A stretch of 63,214 bases of DNA, the filler included, from Octopus bimaculoides (taxonomy: Eukaryota), in NCBI RefSeq assembly GCF_001194135.2. It is 4 parts of 4 records of this genome, joined end to end, with 100 filler letters (N's around TTAATTAATTAA, not from the genome) between each part and the next. Parts side by side here need not be neighbours in the genome. Positions count along the whole stretch, not along the records: positions 34,794 to 60,670 come from NC_068993.1; 3 more parts are not named here. One strand, 5' to 3'. A program made the position numbers and the translations under genes. How positions within the stretch are numbered: position 1 is the first letter of the stretch; each line of letters starts with the position of its first letter. The notes beneath the pieces were generated by a model. The model was not told the DNA's origin. It saw only the letters and a program-made list of their open reading frames with translations, and made no database searches. Positions 34,694 through 49,148 of the stretch are shown piece after piece.

Positions 34694-36467
34694 NNNNNNN
34701 NNNNNNNNNNNNNNNNNNNNNNNNNNNNNNNNNNNNNTTAATTAATTAANNNNNNNNNNNNNNNNNNNNNNNNNNNNNNNNNNNNNNNNNNNNTATATAT
34801 ATATATATATAGCTTTTACAAGGTAAAAAAAGGTTGGTAGTAACTTTGAAGTTTCAGTTTGCTTGTCCATATCGATATATGTGTGAATCTGTGTATATAT
34901 GTGTGTGTGTGTGCATGTATGTATGTATGTATGTATGTGCATGTATAAATACATATATACATATATATATGTGTATATATACATACATATATATATATAA
35001 AATATATGTGTGTGTATATATATATATATATATATGTGCATTTATGCCTATATTTATGTATGTATTGTGTGTGTGTGTGTGTGTGTGTGCATGTGTAAAG
35101 AAAAAAAAGAACCCCGAGAAAGACTGGAAAAGTTGTGGAAAGCGTAATGTTAGCTGTCATGAGATATTATTCTCCATTGCACAAGACTCTACATGGCATA
35201 ATGGCTGCATGTGCAGCCTTGGTATTCCATTAAAGCAATAAAGAAAGAAAGAAGAAGAAGAAGAAGAAGAAGAAGAAGAAAGAAATGGGAGCAGCATTTG
35301 TTGTGGCTCTGCTAAAATACTATTGAGGCAATTGCTGGCAGCTATAAAAGAGTGAGATGAGAATGATGGAACGATCAGTGTTAATAGCACATCAGACCAG
35401 AAGCCACAATGATCAGAAAAAGTACTGTGGTTGGTGAGGTTGGCGGCGGCGGGGGAGGGGGGGTGAGAGCTGGTAAGGGCAGTGAAGCAGGTTAGGTGAN
35501 NNNNNNNNNNNNNNNNNNNNNNNNNNNNNNNNNNNNNNNNNNNNNNNNNNNNNNNNNNNNNNNNNNNNNNNNNNNNNNNNNNNNNNNNNNNNNNNNNNNN
35601 NNNNNNNNNNNNNNNNNNNNNNNNNNNNNNNNNNNNNNNNNNNNNNNNNNNNNNNNNNNNNNNNNNNNNNNNNNNNNGGGGTGGGGGAGGTTCGGTGGAG
35701 CCGGTGAAGATGCTAAGCCTCTCTCTGCCTCAGGTTAGACACAGATAACAAGTTAATGTTTAGTTAATACAAAACGAAAGAACAATAACACCAATAACAA
35801 TAACAACAACAATAATGACACTAATAATAATAATAATAATAAATGTAATGATAATAATAATAATAATGACAACAACAGCAATAATAATAATAATAGTAAT
35901 AGTAATAATAATAAGGATACAAAAGTTTGGTGGGGTTTTTTTCATGCACAAAACCATACCACAATCTGTGATGTCTTCTTTAGCAGAAGAAAGGGAAGAA
36001 GAAGAAGAAGATGGAAGAGGAGGAGGAGGAGAGAAAGAATGAATGAAAGAAAGAAAAAGGATGAAGAGAGAAGGATGAAAAAAAAGAAAGAAGAAATGAA
36101 AAGAAGAGAAGGTGAAAGTGAAGATGAAGAAATGGAAGCAAAATCACTCCCCTCCCCTCTAAATGTTGGAAAACCAAAAAGATTGACATATGTCAGCATG
36201 GTGGGGTTGGGGCGTGTGGTGAGGGAGGGAGTGGGGTAGAAATAAAAAAATGTCGAAGATGAAGAGGCAAGATTGAAGGAAATAAAAAAGACTAACTTCT
36301 ATCTCTCACAGGAATCTATTCCCTCAAGAATTACCAATATTTATTTACCATTTTTTGCCTTTTTTTTTGTCCATTTAGTGGCCATATTTGGACAGTTTTC
36401 TTATGAAGACATTGATCATTTAGCTAATATACATAGTTCTTAGAGAAGGCCAACCCATTATATATAT

Positions 36468-36535
<68 letters not shown>

Positions 36536-36736
36536 ATATATATATATATATGTGTGCGTGTGTAAATATAGTTATGTAAGTATATATGTATATATATATC
36601 AGTATATGTGTGTATGAGTGTGTATATGTATATACACTTATATATACATACATATATATATATATATATATACATACATGCATACATATATATATATATA
36701 CATATATACATACAAAAATACATATACATATCCATG

Positions 36737-36791
<55 letters not shown>

Positions 36792-37104
36792 NNNNNNNNN
36801 NGCTTCTCTTGTCATATCAATACATGTGGCATATTTATACGGTGATTAATGTGTAGCCTCATAAACACACACACACACACATATATATATATAGATAGAT
36901 ATACACACATATATATTTATGTATGTATATTTATATGCATTTACATATTTACCAACACAAACGCATGTATCTTTCTCTCTCACTATCTCTTTATATATAT
37001 AAATATATATATGTACATATATACATAGATACATGCATACATACATATATATATGTATATATGTATACATATATATATACACACGCACGCATATAAATAC
37101 ACAC

Positions 37105-37152
<48 letters not shown>

Positions 37153-37980
37153 CAAGTATTCCATGCTATGTTAGTTATTCTGATGACATCTTCCTCACCT
37201 TCTGATCCGAGAGACTGACAGACAGACAGAGAAGAAGCCACAGAAAGAAGAAATGGGAAAAAAAAAGACATAAAACAAAAGAAAGCTAAAAAACAAAACA
37301 AAACAAAGAGAAGTAAAAAAAAAAAAATCCCAGCCCCAAAACTGTGTCCTGAAATTGTTGAGCTGTTATTGAAAGTTAGATTAAAGCTAAGTAGCCATGC
37401 TTGAAGCATTTACTGTGAGGGACACATTTCTTCTTCCTCCTCTTCTTCTTCCTCATCTTCTTCTTCTTCTTCTGTTGTAGCCCCAATAAATCCGTGCCTC
37501 TCTGTGCAGCAAGAAGATAACGAAGAAACGGTAATGTTCTTGGTGGTGGTGGTGGTGGGGGTGGTGGTATTTGTCCACCCCAGACATTCCAGCCGATATC
37601 AACTGACACTTCCATCTAGAAAATTATTGCAGACTTCTTCATCACAGCACCATCTCTTACCCCCCCCCCCCCNNNNNNNNNNNNNNNNNNNNNNNNNNNN
37701 NNNNNNNNNNNNCCCCACTGCATTTCATACTGGCTGTTGTTGTTGTTGCTGTTGTTTAACCCGAGGTCAGTTCTGATTCTGAAATAAGTCTAGGATCAAA
37801 AACATTCCAGCAGTGACCATCAAAGACCTAAGGCTATCTAGGACTACATCATCTAACCTGTCCTTCTCAAACGTTTCTTAAAGATACGTGCACGATGTGT
37901 GGTTTGGAGGGGTATTTCACTGTGATTTCTGGGAATGCGATTCAGTGACCAGGTAGAAGCTGTCCCTTGCTGCTGTTGCT

Positions 37981-38070
37981 GGTGGGGTGAGGTGGTCAGC
38001 TGGTGGAGGAGGGTCAGGTGGGGTGAGGCGGTCAGCTGGTGGAGGAGGGTCAGGTGGGGGTCAGTGGTCA
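37981..38070 (+). repeat. 36-bp G-rich minisatellite, about 2.4 units
   Basis: GGTGGGGTGAGG(T/C)GGTCAGCTGGTGGAGGAGGGTCA twice plus a partial copy. Confidence 0.9.
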
Positions 38071-38259
38071 TGTGTGTGGTGGATATTAGGATTAAATGTA
38101 GTCTTTTGTTTGAGGAGAATGAAATATATAATCCTTGCACCCACAATACCTGTTTATCTATTTAGCTAATCTATCAATTCCTCAATCTGATCATCCATCC
38201 ATTTATTTGCAAGCCTGTCTGTCTGCCTCTATATGTTCCTGCATCCCTCATCAGTGTTA

Positions 38260-38420
<161 letters not shown>

Positions 38421-40037
38421 ACTAATCTATTTTATTTATATTATTATTATATATACATGTTTGCATCATGTTTTATTCCGATGGTTTGTGAATCAATGCT
38501 TCTTCCATTCAAAAATCTGTCTCAGTGAAATCTTATTTGTTTGGATTTAAAAGTAACTCGTTACTAAAAGATCTTTGAAGATTGCCAAAGATAAACCCCT
38601 GCCGTTCAAGAACTGCCTGGCTGCTAAAATGGTTGCTGCTCTGTGTCTGTGTATGAAACATGGTTTTACATTTGTGGTAGGAAATCTTTACACAGAGAAC
38701 TTGGAAGTTGGTAGAAATTCATAAAGATGTTAAACCACAGCTAATTCCATGACGGATTCAATGGTGCAGAGCAGCAGCCATTTTGGCAGAGCAGATCTTT
38801 TGCCAATCTGCTGCCAATCCTTTTTACCCACGCTGTTTTTCCCTCCAGAACCACACACCATTCATGTCACAACTGTTGAAGATAAACATCACCCAGTTGA
38901 TCTGATGAGGTCATGGGCCATGACTAACCAATCATGGAGGTCCTGTTAAGGACACTGACCATAACTGGAGCTCCTACCCATGACACAGACACAGTAGCTT
39001 CATTTCAACTGAATTCTTGTAAAATAATCAATTACAGGATATTGATCTTCTGTTCTCTCATTTTGATTAATTACTTGAAATGTGAAATAATTGGTGGCAG
39101 CAGCAACAGCAACATTAGTGTGATGGTGGTGATGAGGAGGAGGGCGGTGGCAGTGGTGGTTGATGGTGGTGGGAAAGATGTTGATGACAATACCTATACC
39201 TCCACCAATGAAACAGACAATCATCGTCGTCGTCGTCTTCCTCCTCCTCTTCATCATCATCATCATCTGAACTACTACTTACCTATCATGACCACCACCG
39301 ATGAGTGCTTTAGTGTTTAACGTTGATGTTCAGGATCACTGAGGTTTATTTGCATATATTACTGAATTAAAATTCTTAATTTAATTAGTAAAATTGTTGT
39401 TGTTTTTAATTACTGTTCCTGTTATCTGGGATGATAGATCTGTAGAAATATCAGGTGTTATTCAATAAAACATCGCAACAGGAATGAATGATTAAAACCA
39501 GTGAGGTGGAATCATATTGTTCAAAGACATGAATAATGGAACGTGGAATCAATTTTTAGAAATTCCCATTTGAAGTTTCAATTTAGTGAGAAAACAAAGA
39601 AATAAATAAGTGGAACTGTTGCTTTGACGTGTCGTCGGCGAGGGGAGAAGCAAAGGATGATGGGAGAGAGAGGGGGAGAGTGAAAAGAAGAGAGAGGAGA
39701 GAAAGAAAAGAAAGGGGAGACAGAAGGGAATGGCGAGAGAGAGAGATGGAGAGAATCGAGTTATGTCATCTCGCTCACATTGAATAACTAAACATCACTT
39801 GGTTATGTCTGGTTATGCAAAATAAGGTCTTAAGAAAGACAATATCGCTTAGTTACATGTATGGGTGCTCAGTGTGAAGATGCGGGGTGTCAAGTGGTTT
39901 GGAAGGATGGAATCACGATCAGAAGGTTGTGGGTTCAATTCCTCAGCTGGACAGCCTACTCCCTCAAGAGTACCAACTGTGTGATGGTACAGACCCCTCC
40001 TCCCCAGCTGTCGCATCCTCAGTGTTGTATTGAGTTA

Positions 40038-40165
40038 ACGAGCTTCCACACAGTCTCCATCTACCAAATTCTATTCTCTAGAATTTAGCCCATGTAAACC
40101 TAAATTCGAAGAAACTTGTCTAAAGTGTCCTGCAGTGGGATCGAACCCAGGCCCACGTGGTTACC
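40038..40165 (-). mobile_element. SINE family C, degenerate fragment
   Basis: CCATCTACCAAAT...AACTTGTCTAAAGTGTCCTGCAGTGGGATCGAACCC resembles family C on the minus strand. Confidence 0.55.
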
Positions 40166-41599
40166 ATTCCACAATGTTAACATCTGTCCTTACGTCATTG
40201 TTTCACTATTTTAAGAATAAACGATAAAAAACAACAACAGGACGCTCATTGGTTATTAAAACTATTCAAATTAGTCTTCATTAACTTTTAACAACAAAAT
40301 AATTCTTGTTTTTATAAATGGTAATCAATGCTGCCAAGACATGATCGATAATGATCGGTTTTCTGCCAGAGATTTCGGTGAGAAGGATTCCTTTGATGTT
40401 CTTAGACGATGAAAGAATCTGCTTTAGAAGAATTGAACTCAAAGGAGCCGACATGGATATCCGGTAAGAAGGCATGGCTGTATGCTTAAGANNNNNNNNN
40501 NNNNNNNNNNNNNNNNNNNNNNNNNNNNNNNNNNNNNNNNNNNNNNNNNNNNNNNNNNNNNNNNNNNNNNNNNNNNNNNNNNNNNNNNNNNATATATATA
40601 TATAGACACATACACACAAATGAGTTCTTTCTTTTTTAGAGTAAATGGTCACTATGGCGAAGTTCTGTTGAGATATGTGAATTTGCACACCAGTCTAACC
40701 CATGTTATCATTGAGCACGAACCAAAATGGGAGCCTATACGCTTATCAAACATGCTAGAAATAGCAGGCAAATCTCTTTCGAATCCCACCCTACCATCTC
40801 AGGAAGTATGACACTCTGGGAAATGTAGTCCTAAGTGGATAGAAAAAGATGTGATGGTCAGAATAGGAGTGGCTTTGACAGTAGGTCTGAGCGAACCTAG
40901 AATTAGTATTTCTTTTTGGTTTGTGTTATGAGCTCGAATCCTTCCTGGACTAGCCTTATCCTTTTTGGATAAAAACCAATGAAATACTTCGGTCGATTCC
41001 TGCATCTCAGGATCATCTACGTGGTTGTATGAGTGATGTAGTATCATTCACCGAGTCCTTTGTCTTCAAGAAATAGAAGAAAGGTCGATGTTGGTAGAAG
41101 AGCTAAGGAACTCACCAATGTGACAGACCTAAGACAAACTTGTCGAAAGACAGATTAGAATATGACAGCTAATGGGGACAGTCTAATGGGCTGCAGAGCA
41201 ATGAATGGGTGCATTGAAAAACAAGACCTCCTTGATCTGGTGAAGTTATCTGGAGGAGGTGGAGGGAGGAGGTAATGTTTAGTTGAAGAAACCTCAGTAT
41301 TTTACTGGTATTTAGTTTTCATCCACCCCGTCAGCATTATTCTATTAAAATAATAATAATAATAATAATAATAATGATAATAATTAAGTATGTATGTATG
41401 TATGTAATGGCAAATAAATTGAAAGGCAGTGATATTTCCATCATTGTATGTGGTTAATTCAATAATGCAGGAGGAATACGTCGGCTGTGATTTTAGCATA
41501 GTTTGTTTGTTGAAGAAGACGAAGAAAAAGAGGGGGAGGAAGAAGAAGAAGAAGAGGGGGAAGGGTAGAGGCGGCAGATCAAATTACTTGATATCGTTA

Positions 41600-41775
41600 A
41601 ACAAGCTGCTAAGTGGAGATGAGCTGCGAAACAGAGAGAAACGGTAATACATGGCTTTCTGAGAAGAGAGTAAACAACGAAGATAACTGTTATTTCATTG
41701 GCACCTTCTGTTGACAGAACTAAGTGGAGAGCTTTGGTTTCTTTATCATCTCCAGGGGAGGAGGATACAACTGAC
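41600..41775 (+). mobile_element. Degenerate RTE 3' terminus
   Basis: ..NTW.. and DRTKWRALV..PGEED resemble the RTE C-terminal DRxxWRxLV..EED motif. Confidence 0.45.
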
Positions 41776-41784
41776 AAGCGAAGC

Positions 41785-41824
<40 letters not shown>

Positions 41825-42273
41825 ATTTCATTATACACACACATATATATATCTATAGAGAGAGAGAGGGAGAGAGAAAACTGCCTTTGTTGTAGGTTTT
41901 GTGTATATAATAATATCTCTACACAATTGTATCAACAACTCTTCATCTCTCACTATATATGCATTCATTACATATATATGCTTACACACATATACATAGA
42001 TACATATAGCATGTATATTATATGTAAACACATTTGCAAACACGTATGTATACAATAGGGCTATATATAATAGATACACTACGGAGAGGATAGAGTCCGG
42101 TTTGGATAGAAATACCGCTGCTGAGCGTTCTGCGTGAGAAACCCACTCAAAGCGTTCAGATGTATCTCTAGAGAGATGTATGTAAGTTTGTGTGTGTGTA
42201 TATGTATTTATGTTTACATGTGTGCGTGAATGTTTGTGCATTGTATATATATAATATATATATATATATACAT

Positions 42274-42663
42274 TACTCTCTTTTACTCTTTTACTGTGTG
42301 TGGCCATGCTGGAGAACCGCCTTTAGTCGAGCAAATCGACTCCAGGACTTATTCTTTCTAAGCCTAGTACTTATTCTATCGGTAACTTTTGCCGAACCGC
42401 TAAGTTACGGGGACGTAAACACACCAGCATCGGTTGTCAAGCGATGTTGGGGGGACAAACACAGACACAAACGTACACACACACATATATATATATATAC
42501 ATATATACGATGGGCTTCTTTCAGTTTCCATCTACCAAGTCCACTCACAAGGCTTTGGTCGGCCCGAGGCTATAGTAGAAGACACTTGCCCAAGGTGTCA
42601 CGCAGTGGGACTGAACCCGGAACCATGTGGTTCGTAAGCAAGCTACTTACCACACAGCCACTC
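42274..42663 (-). mobile_element. CORE-type SINE, family C (near full length, young)
   Basis: Highly similar to 11479-11878, with a deletion in the second tail hairpin and (GTAAAAGA)n tail repeats. Confidence 0.92.
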
Positions 42664-42664
42664 A

Positions 42665-42731
<67 letters not shown>

Positions 42732-42766
42732 GACCCTAGAAAGTACTCAGTATTGAAACATAGAGC

Positions 42767-42985
42767 AAGGCAGTGAACTGGCCGAATCGTTAGCATGCCG
42801 GACAAAATACTTAGCTGCATTTCGTCCGTCTTTACGTTCTGAGTTCAAATTCCGTCGCGGTCCACTTTACCTTTCATCCTTTCAGGGTCGATAAAATAAG
42901 TACCAGTTGAGTATTGAGGGGTCGATATAATTAACTTAACCCCCTCCTCTCGAAATTGCTGGCCTTGTGTCAAAAGTTGAAACCA
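42767..42985 (+). mobile_element. SINE family B (full length)
   Basis: Complete head-core-tail colinear with 55960-56180. Confidence 0.9.
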
Positions 42986-43285
42986 GTGTTAAAACAGAGA
43001 TTGAAAAACACGAGATTTTATTGGAAGCATCACTTCGAGTTTACTATTCATATGCGTGTGTGTGTGTGTATGTGTGTGTAGATTTAGAGTAAAGTTTAAT
43101 ACGGCAGCGAATGGGATGAAGTTTCCGATACACTTTACACACCTACTACTACTACCACTATCACTACTACTACCACTACTACTACTACCACTACTACTAC
43201 TGCACGTCATTGATTTTGATGTAATATTTAATTATTCAATGTTGTCAGTCATCTTTAATGATTATGACACCCGACTGTAACAGCA

Positions 43286-43326
<41 letters not shown>

Positions 43327-43417
43327 GATATATTCGAAATGTTAACACCATGTCTTGCTCTGGCATCTCTCAGATATCACTAATTGAACATAAAAGTAGA
43401 ATCATACGGAGTATATT

Positions 43418-43457
<40 letters not shown>

Positions 43458-44127
43458 TGTGTGTGTGTGTGTTTCTAGCAGAAAATTAATATCACATTTT
43501 ACAGATATACGCTATATATTTCACACCACCGAATTCATATATATGTATATTAACACATGTATGTATGAATGTGTGTGTATGTGTGTGTGTGTGTGTGTAC
43601 AGACACACAAATATGTTTTATAAATATTTATGTTGGCAAGATTGTAATATGCAACAAACCACCATGGTGGCATGTGTGATATCACATAGCAGCACAGTGG
43701 GTGGATAGAATAAATAGGTGATAACATGATATCTGATGATATCATTAATGGTATACAGCACGAGTTGGTGTTAATGTGCACACACACACACGATTATGTG
43801 CTTTCTAGGCACATCACCATAATCCTATATATATGTGGCGAGAGTCAGAGAATATGAAATAAATGTGATGGTTAAACTGAATCAGTTTGTTGGTTGTTGT
43901 TTTCGTTCTAGTTGAAGTCGTTGCTTGCTGTTGTTGCTGTTAACAAGTGTACATAATCCTCACACTCTATATTCTTGTGGAGAGAAGAGCACGAGGTGTT
44001 TTGCAGCAAATATCTTGATTACAAGATGGAATTCTCTTCCATTTTCTTGGGTTGATCGCCTTCATCTTCGGAGAAGAACGAAAGCATTAATTATTATAAC
44101 TACCAATAAAGTCATTACTCCATCACA

Positions 44128-44171
<44 letters not shown>

Positions 44172-44199
44172 CTAAATATACGTATGTGCATGAACATTA

Positions 44200-44955
44200 C
44201 CGTATATACTCGAGTGATAGTCGATCCCTTATTTTTGGCCAAAAAACTGGGAATTTTTCATAGACCCTGTATAAAAGTCGACCCTAGTATTTCACGAACA
44301 AGACATTTGTGGGTCAAGGTAGCGTATTCTCCTGTACGTAGAAATAACCCTGTTACAAAATTGTGTGGCTACCTTACTGTAGCCTGCTCTATAGGTGGAA
44401 TGTTTGGTGCTTATAAGGGAATGCTCGGTGCTTATAGTAAAACACCATTTAATAGCGAGCACTACACATCTGTTGATGGGTTCTACACCACCACCATTAC
44501 TAAAATGTATGCGCAGGATATGCTGCAAGCCTGCATTCATCAGCAAACACAATGAACCCATGCGTTACACACTCGTTGTTTACACGGTGAGAAACGTGTT
44601 TCACAGACAGCACTGTTGGCGAACACTGGCAAACGCCATTCTCTGAATTCGTACAAAGGCATGACTTCAGTAAACCCCAAAACATTCAATTAATCGCTAG
44701 ATCAGTGGCTCTCATGCGACCTTTATATTTTACTAGGACGTGTATTTTGATGCATAGAATTAGTGATATTACTGTAATTCATTGTGGTTTTGTTTTTATT
44801 CGCTTACAAATCAACTGGGCTTCTGCTGTTGATACGGTACTTCAGATTCTAGTTTGAATTCCAGCCCCACAAAGGTAGTATCCATTTAATAGTCGACCCC
44901 ATAAATTTGACATTAAAAAAATGCTAAAATTCGACTTTCACACGAGTATATATGG
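44200..44955 (+). mobile_element. Internally deleted pogo/Tc2-like (Tc1/mariner superfamily) element
   Basis: 25-bp TIRs CCGTATATACTCGAGTGATAGTCGA (22/25 match), TA on both sides, internal remnant FVQRHDFS similar to the pogo HTH. Confidence 0.8.
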
Positions 44956-46464
44956 TATATTGTATATATTGAGGTAGAAAGATTACAATAGTGTCTCAAG
45001 AACCAAGAGTTTCGTGCCTTGGCTTCAGTCGTAACTGCTGGGGCAACACATTCAAGGTTATAGTCCATTACATCACTCCCTCGGCACTTCAATGGCAATC
45101 ATTGTAATGATCCGGGAAGAATGAAATAGAAGAGGAGTTTTTTTTTCGGACGATTTGTCGATTTCGGCGTCAATCCTCACCTCTACAATATTAGAAGCCG
45201 AAAATTCTGAATCTCAGTTTCGTGTAACCGATTATTCAAATGACCGAAGTCATGCTGCTCTATATAGCCAAATATTTCTTAAATATCTCAAAATATTACC
45301 ATGCATTGTCAACTCATCATATTTCGATGTATTTGTGAATATTGTTGTTTATATATTGTCATACTACTTCTTTCCTACTTCAACCGTTTGAATAACCGGG
45401 TACCACGGAATTCAAGATTTGCGAGACAGGAAACTGAAAATTTTAATAGAACATCCACTCTACTTCTTTTTGCATTGAGTATTCTTACCAGCTTCATTTT
45501 TAGATATAAACGTTTGTGTATAGGTGTTTGTATTTTCATATGTGCGTGCGTGTGTGTATTAACATAATATACATGCATAATATTACACACACACGCACAC
45601 ACACACACATACTTGTAGCAAGATAGAAAGAAGTAAAAAGAGGGCAATGAATTAAGTTATAAAACCAATTCGTGGAGATTGAAGACAAAATAATTGAGGA
45701 GTGGCGAGGACACTGAAAAAAAATGAAGTTAGACGATTAATGAATGATAGAAAAAACTTAGAGGACATAAGAATAACCGAGTAGGTAGTGAAGCTGATCG
45801 AAAAACATTAAGTGCAAGGGAAGAAGTTGTGTATTTTTTTATTCATAATTCTTCGTCCAATTCCTGTTTTTATACAATAGAATAAAAGTAGGGATATTGG
45901 AGACAAAAACCGCGAAAAAAAGAAGACAAAAATAATCGATGTAAAAAAGAAGTGAGAAATAAATCTACGTTGGTTGAAGCTTATTAATTTTGACATAATG
46001 TGGTTTATAATTGCTAGTCTCTTTACTTTATTTGTCTGACTAGATGCTGGAATATTAACAAGCATAGCAGTACGACTGTCTGGGTGGAGAGGTGGGGCGG
46101 GGGGAGATGGGTGGCTAGCTGGCATCATTGCCCAAAGTGGAGCGAACATTTCAAAGTAATACTCCCGCAGGCTACATTGCCGGAATAATATAATTCAGAA
46201 TGGATTACTTTGTTGATTTTTGCTAATGTATAGAAGTAGGATCTTGGACAAATGTAACCAACTTAAGGCTTTTGTCTTCGCTGGCCATTTTCTGACGTAG
46301 CTCAATCCCCAAGTGTGTTTACATAGCAAATTGTGTGAGAGTGGGAGTGGGGGAAAGGGAGAGAGAGAGAGAGAGAGGTTGAGTGAGAGAGGAAGGGAAC
46401 ATGGAGAAGAGGGGAGGGGATGGTGGGGAAAGAAATGCAGGTGTGGGAAAGATATGTGTGTAGA

Positions 46465-46505
<41 letters not shown>

Positions 46506-47547
46506 TAGGAAATAAATAGACAAATATATAGGTGATTAGATAGATAAACAGACAGGCAGATAGATAGACTAATAGTTAGGTGGGTAGCAAGACAAATAAG
46601 GTAGATAAATAGGTAGACAGGCTTATATATAGATTGATAGATATATAGGTGGATAGATTGACAAACAGACTGATAGACAGACAGACAGACAGACAGACTG
46701 ATAGATAGATAGATAGACTGAAATACAACAGACAGACAGACAGATACATTGATAGATAGATAAATATAAACAGATAGATAGACAGATGACAAGATAGTGA
46801 GACAGACAAATAATTGATATGTAGACAAATAGATGTATGTGTGTGTATATATATGTGTGTGTATATATATGTGTGTGTGTAGAGATATATATATATATAT
46901 ATAGCGAGATAGATAGATAGATAGAAGGAGGGAGCATTATGAAACCTATTATAGATTTATGATGTTATTGTAGCACACTTGGGAACCAGTGTCATTTTAC
47001 CGCTATAATGCTCTCTCTCTCTTTCTCTCTCTCTCTCGCTCGTTCAGTTCGATTCTCTCAAGCAAAAATAGCAGATTTTGTTTGTTTCTTTCAGGATTTC
47101 GTTCTCATTTATTTGGCGTGGTTATGTACCTTGTACAAGATCTTCATTGAATGGTATCAAGTTCTGATAGCAAAGCATAAACACATGCTCATAAAACCAA
47201 CAGAGAAGTTGACAGTAGAAACTATTACTTTTTCTCAAATAGAATTATTACTGTTGCGAAGAAGAACTTTCGGTTTGGCTTCTGGAACGGTTTTAGTAGC
47301 CAAAACACAGGCAAGAATCACTCACTGAACAATAAAAGACATGTAACGTTGACATTTCCAGTTCTGCTGTTGCAAGCAACGAAGGGATCAGTGAAGAATA
47401 ATTATTAAGTGAGAAACCAACACCTGCGAATCGAAACAATGGAACCGTCACAAATGGCCGTTTTGGGTCGAGCTGTATTTCTTTGTTTGCAGCAGACAAG
47501 GAAATGTTCAGCTCGAGGGAAAGTTATCTATTTGTATTGCATTGCTT

Positions 47548-47578
<31 letters not shown>

Positions 47579-48559
47579 TGTGTGTATTTGTGTTGATATA
47601 ACTATACATCATTTGATATGAATACTCCTCTGCTGTTTTGTTATCGTAATATAGATATACATACATATATGCACACACACACATATATATATTTTTTTAG
47701 ATAGATAGATAGATATAAATAGTTTATAAATTGACAGTAGAAGGGTTTGTTATTTTCAAAGTTTAGATTAATTCTCTGAAAGATTTAAATCTTCGAGTAA
47801 AGTGAAAATCTTAGAAACAGGAAAAGAAAGAAAAAATACGAAAACAGAAGCAAGTGAAATGTTTAGTGACCATATATAGTTATATATACATATATATATA
47901 TATGTATATATATATATATGTATATATATATATGTATGTATGTATATACATAAACTGTATAGAATGGTTAAAGGACATATAAAGATACATTTGCATATAT
48001 TGTGCATATAAATATACACTCCAGATATACGTGTAAATATTGTAATTATAAACATATACTCTGCATATTTGTTCACATGTTGTAAGTATATTAAAAGCAT
48101 ATTATATCGTTGATATGCATCTTTAAAAAGTTTAAAATTGCCTACTTTTTTCTTTCTATGAAGACCACAGCCAATTCTGGCAAATTCTATCGAGCCATCG
48201 CCATGTTACTCATGAGTGACATCTGGTGGCGTTGTCTTGTACTAAATACGTAATTAACGACGGTGCTGGCGATGGAGAAGTCCTTCTTGCAGCAAACAGC
48301 TGTCTCACTATATACGGCAGACGTGAGAGGTGTTTACAGGCAAGCAAACAAATATGTATGTGTATGTGTGTATACAAATGTACATACATGTACACATGTA
48401 TGTATATACAATTATAAATATAATGTATCTATGTGTATATATGTGTGTATGTATGCACGTGTGAGTGTCTATATGCATTCATCTATTTCCCTGGTAGATA
48501 CCAAAAATATCTGTACCAGTCATATACTGGTTTTCATTTAATCGACATTAGGTCAGGAG

Positions 48560-48830
48560 TTGGCATCCTTAAGGCACATAAACACATAAACATTGTCTAA
48601 CTTCGTGCCAAACCATATCAGCCGTTTGCCCTTCTCATGGACACCATCGAGGAACTGGAGAGTGGATAGCTCCTACATGGTTAACAATGATCCACCCTAC
48701 AAACATACCCAGCCCTGCACCTTAGAGAGGTCCCCGCCCCCTCGCCATACTGCGGTCACCTCACAACATTTTACTAAAGGTAAATTGAAGCAGGACTTTC
48801 CAGGTATAGATCCATGACCCTACTGAACTG
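48560..48830 (-). mobile_element. Degenerate RTE-like fragment
   Basis: Minus frame PRWCP*EGQ..VWHEVRQCL resembles WxPxxGxRxxGRPxxxWxDxV; weak. Confidence 0.3.
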
Positions 48831-49113
48831 GGGAAGATCCAAAGGGAAACGTAAAATAGCGGCCGAATTATGTTCCTGGCCATTGGGATATCTAAGGGGC
48901 TAAGTTTCAATTGTTTGCCAGCCAGTCAGATAATCATCTGCTAATTAAAACACGGTGTAATAAGTAATTAAACTTCTGAAGGATAATCGAGAAATTGTTT
49001 CAGGTTTATTATAAAAATTCATTATATTGTAGAGTTGTGTGGTGGTGGTGGTGGAGGGGCTGTCTTTGAGGGTGTCATCTCTCTTTATTGGTGGTGTCTA
49101 TATGGAAAAGCTT

Positions 49114-49148
<35 letters not shown>

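Noticed and set aside
38902-38945. CTGATGAG + perfect hairpin + ACC..GGTC as a hammerhead
   Set aside because: The essential GAAA is TAAC and stem I does not form; kept only as part of the structured-region finding.
47008-47328. 106-aa ORF as a protein-coding gene
   Set aside because: Begins in a (CT)n tract and shows no domain similarity.
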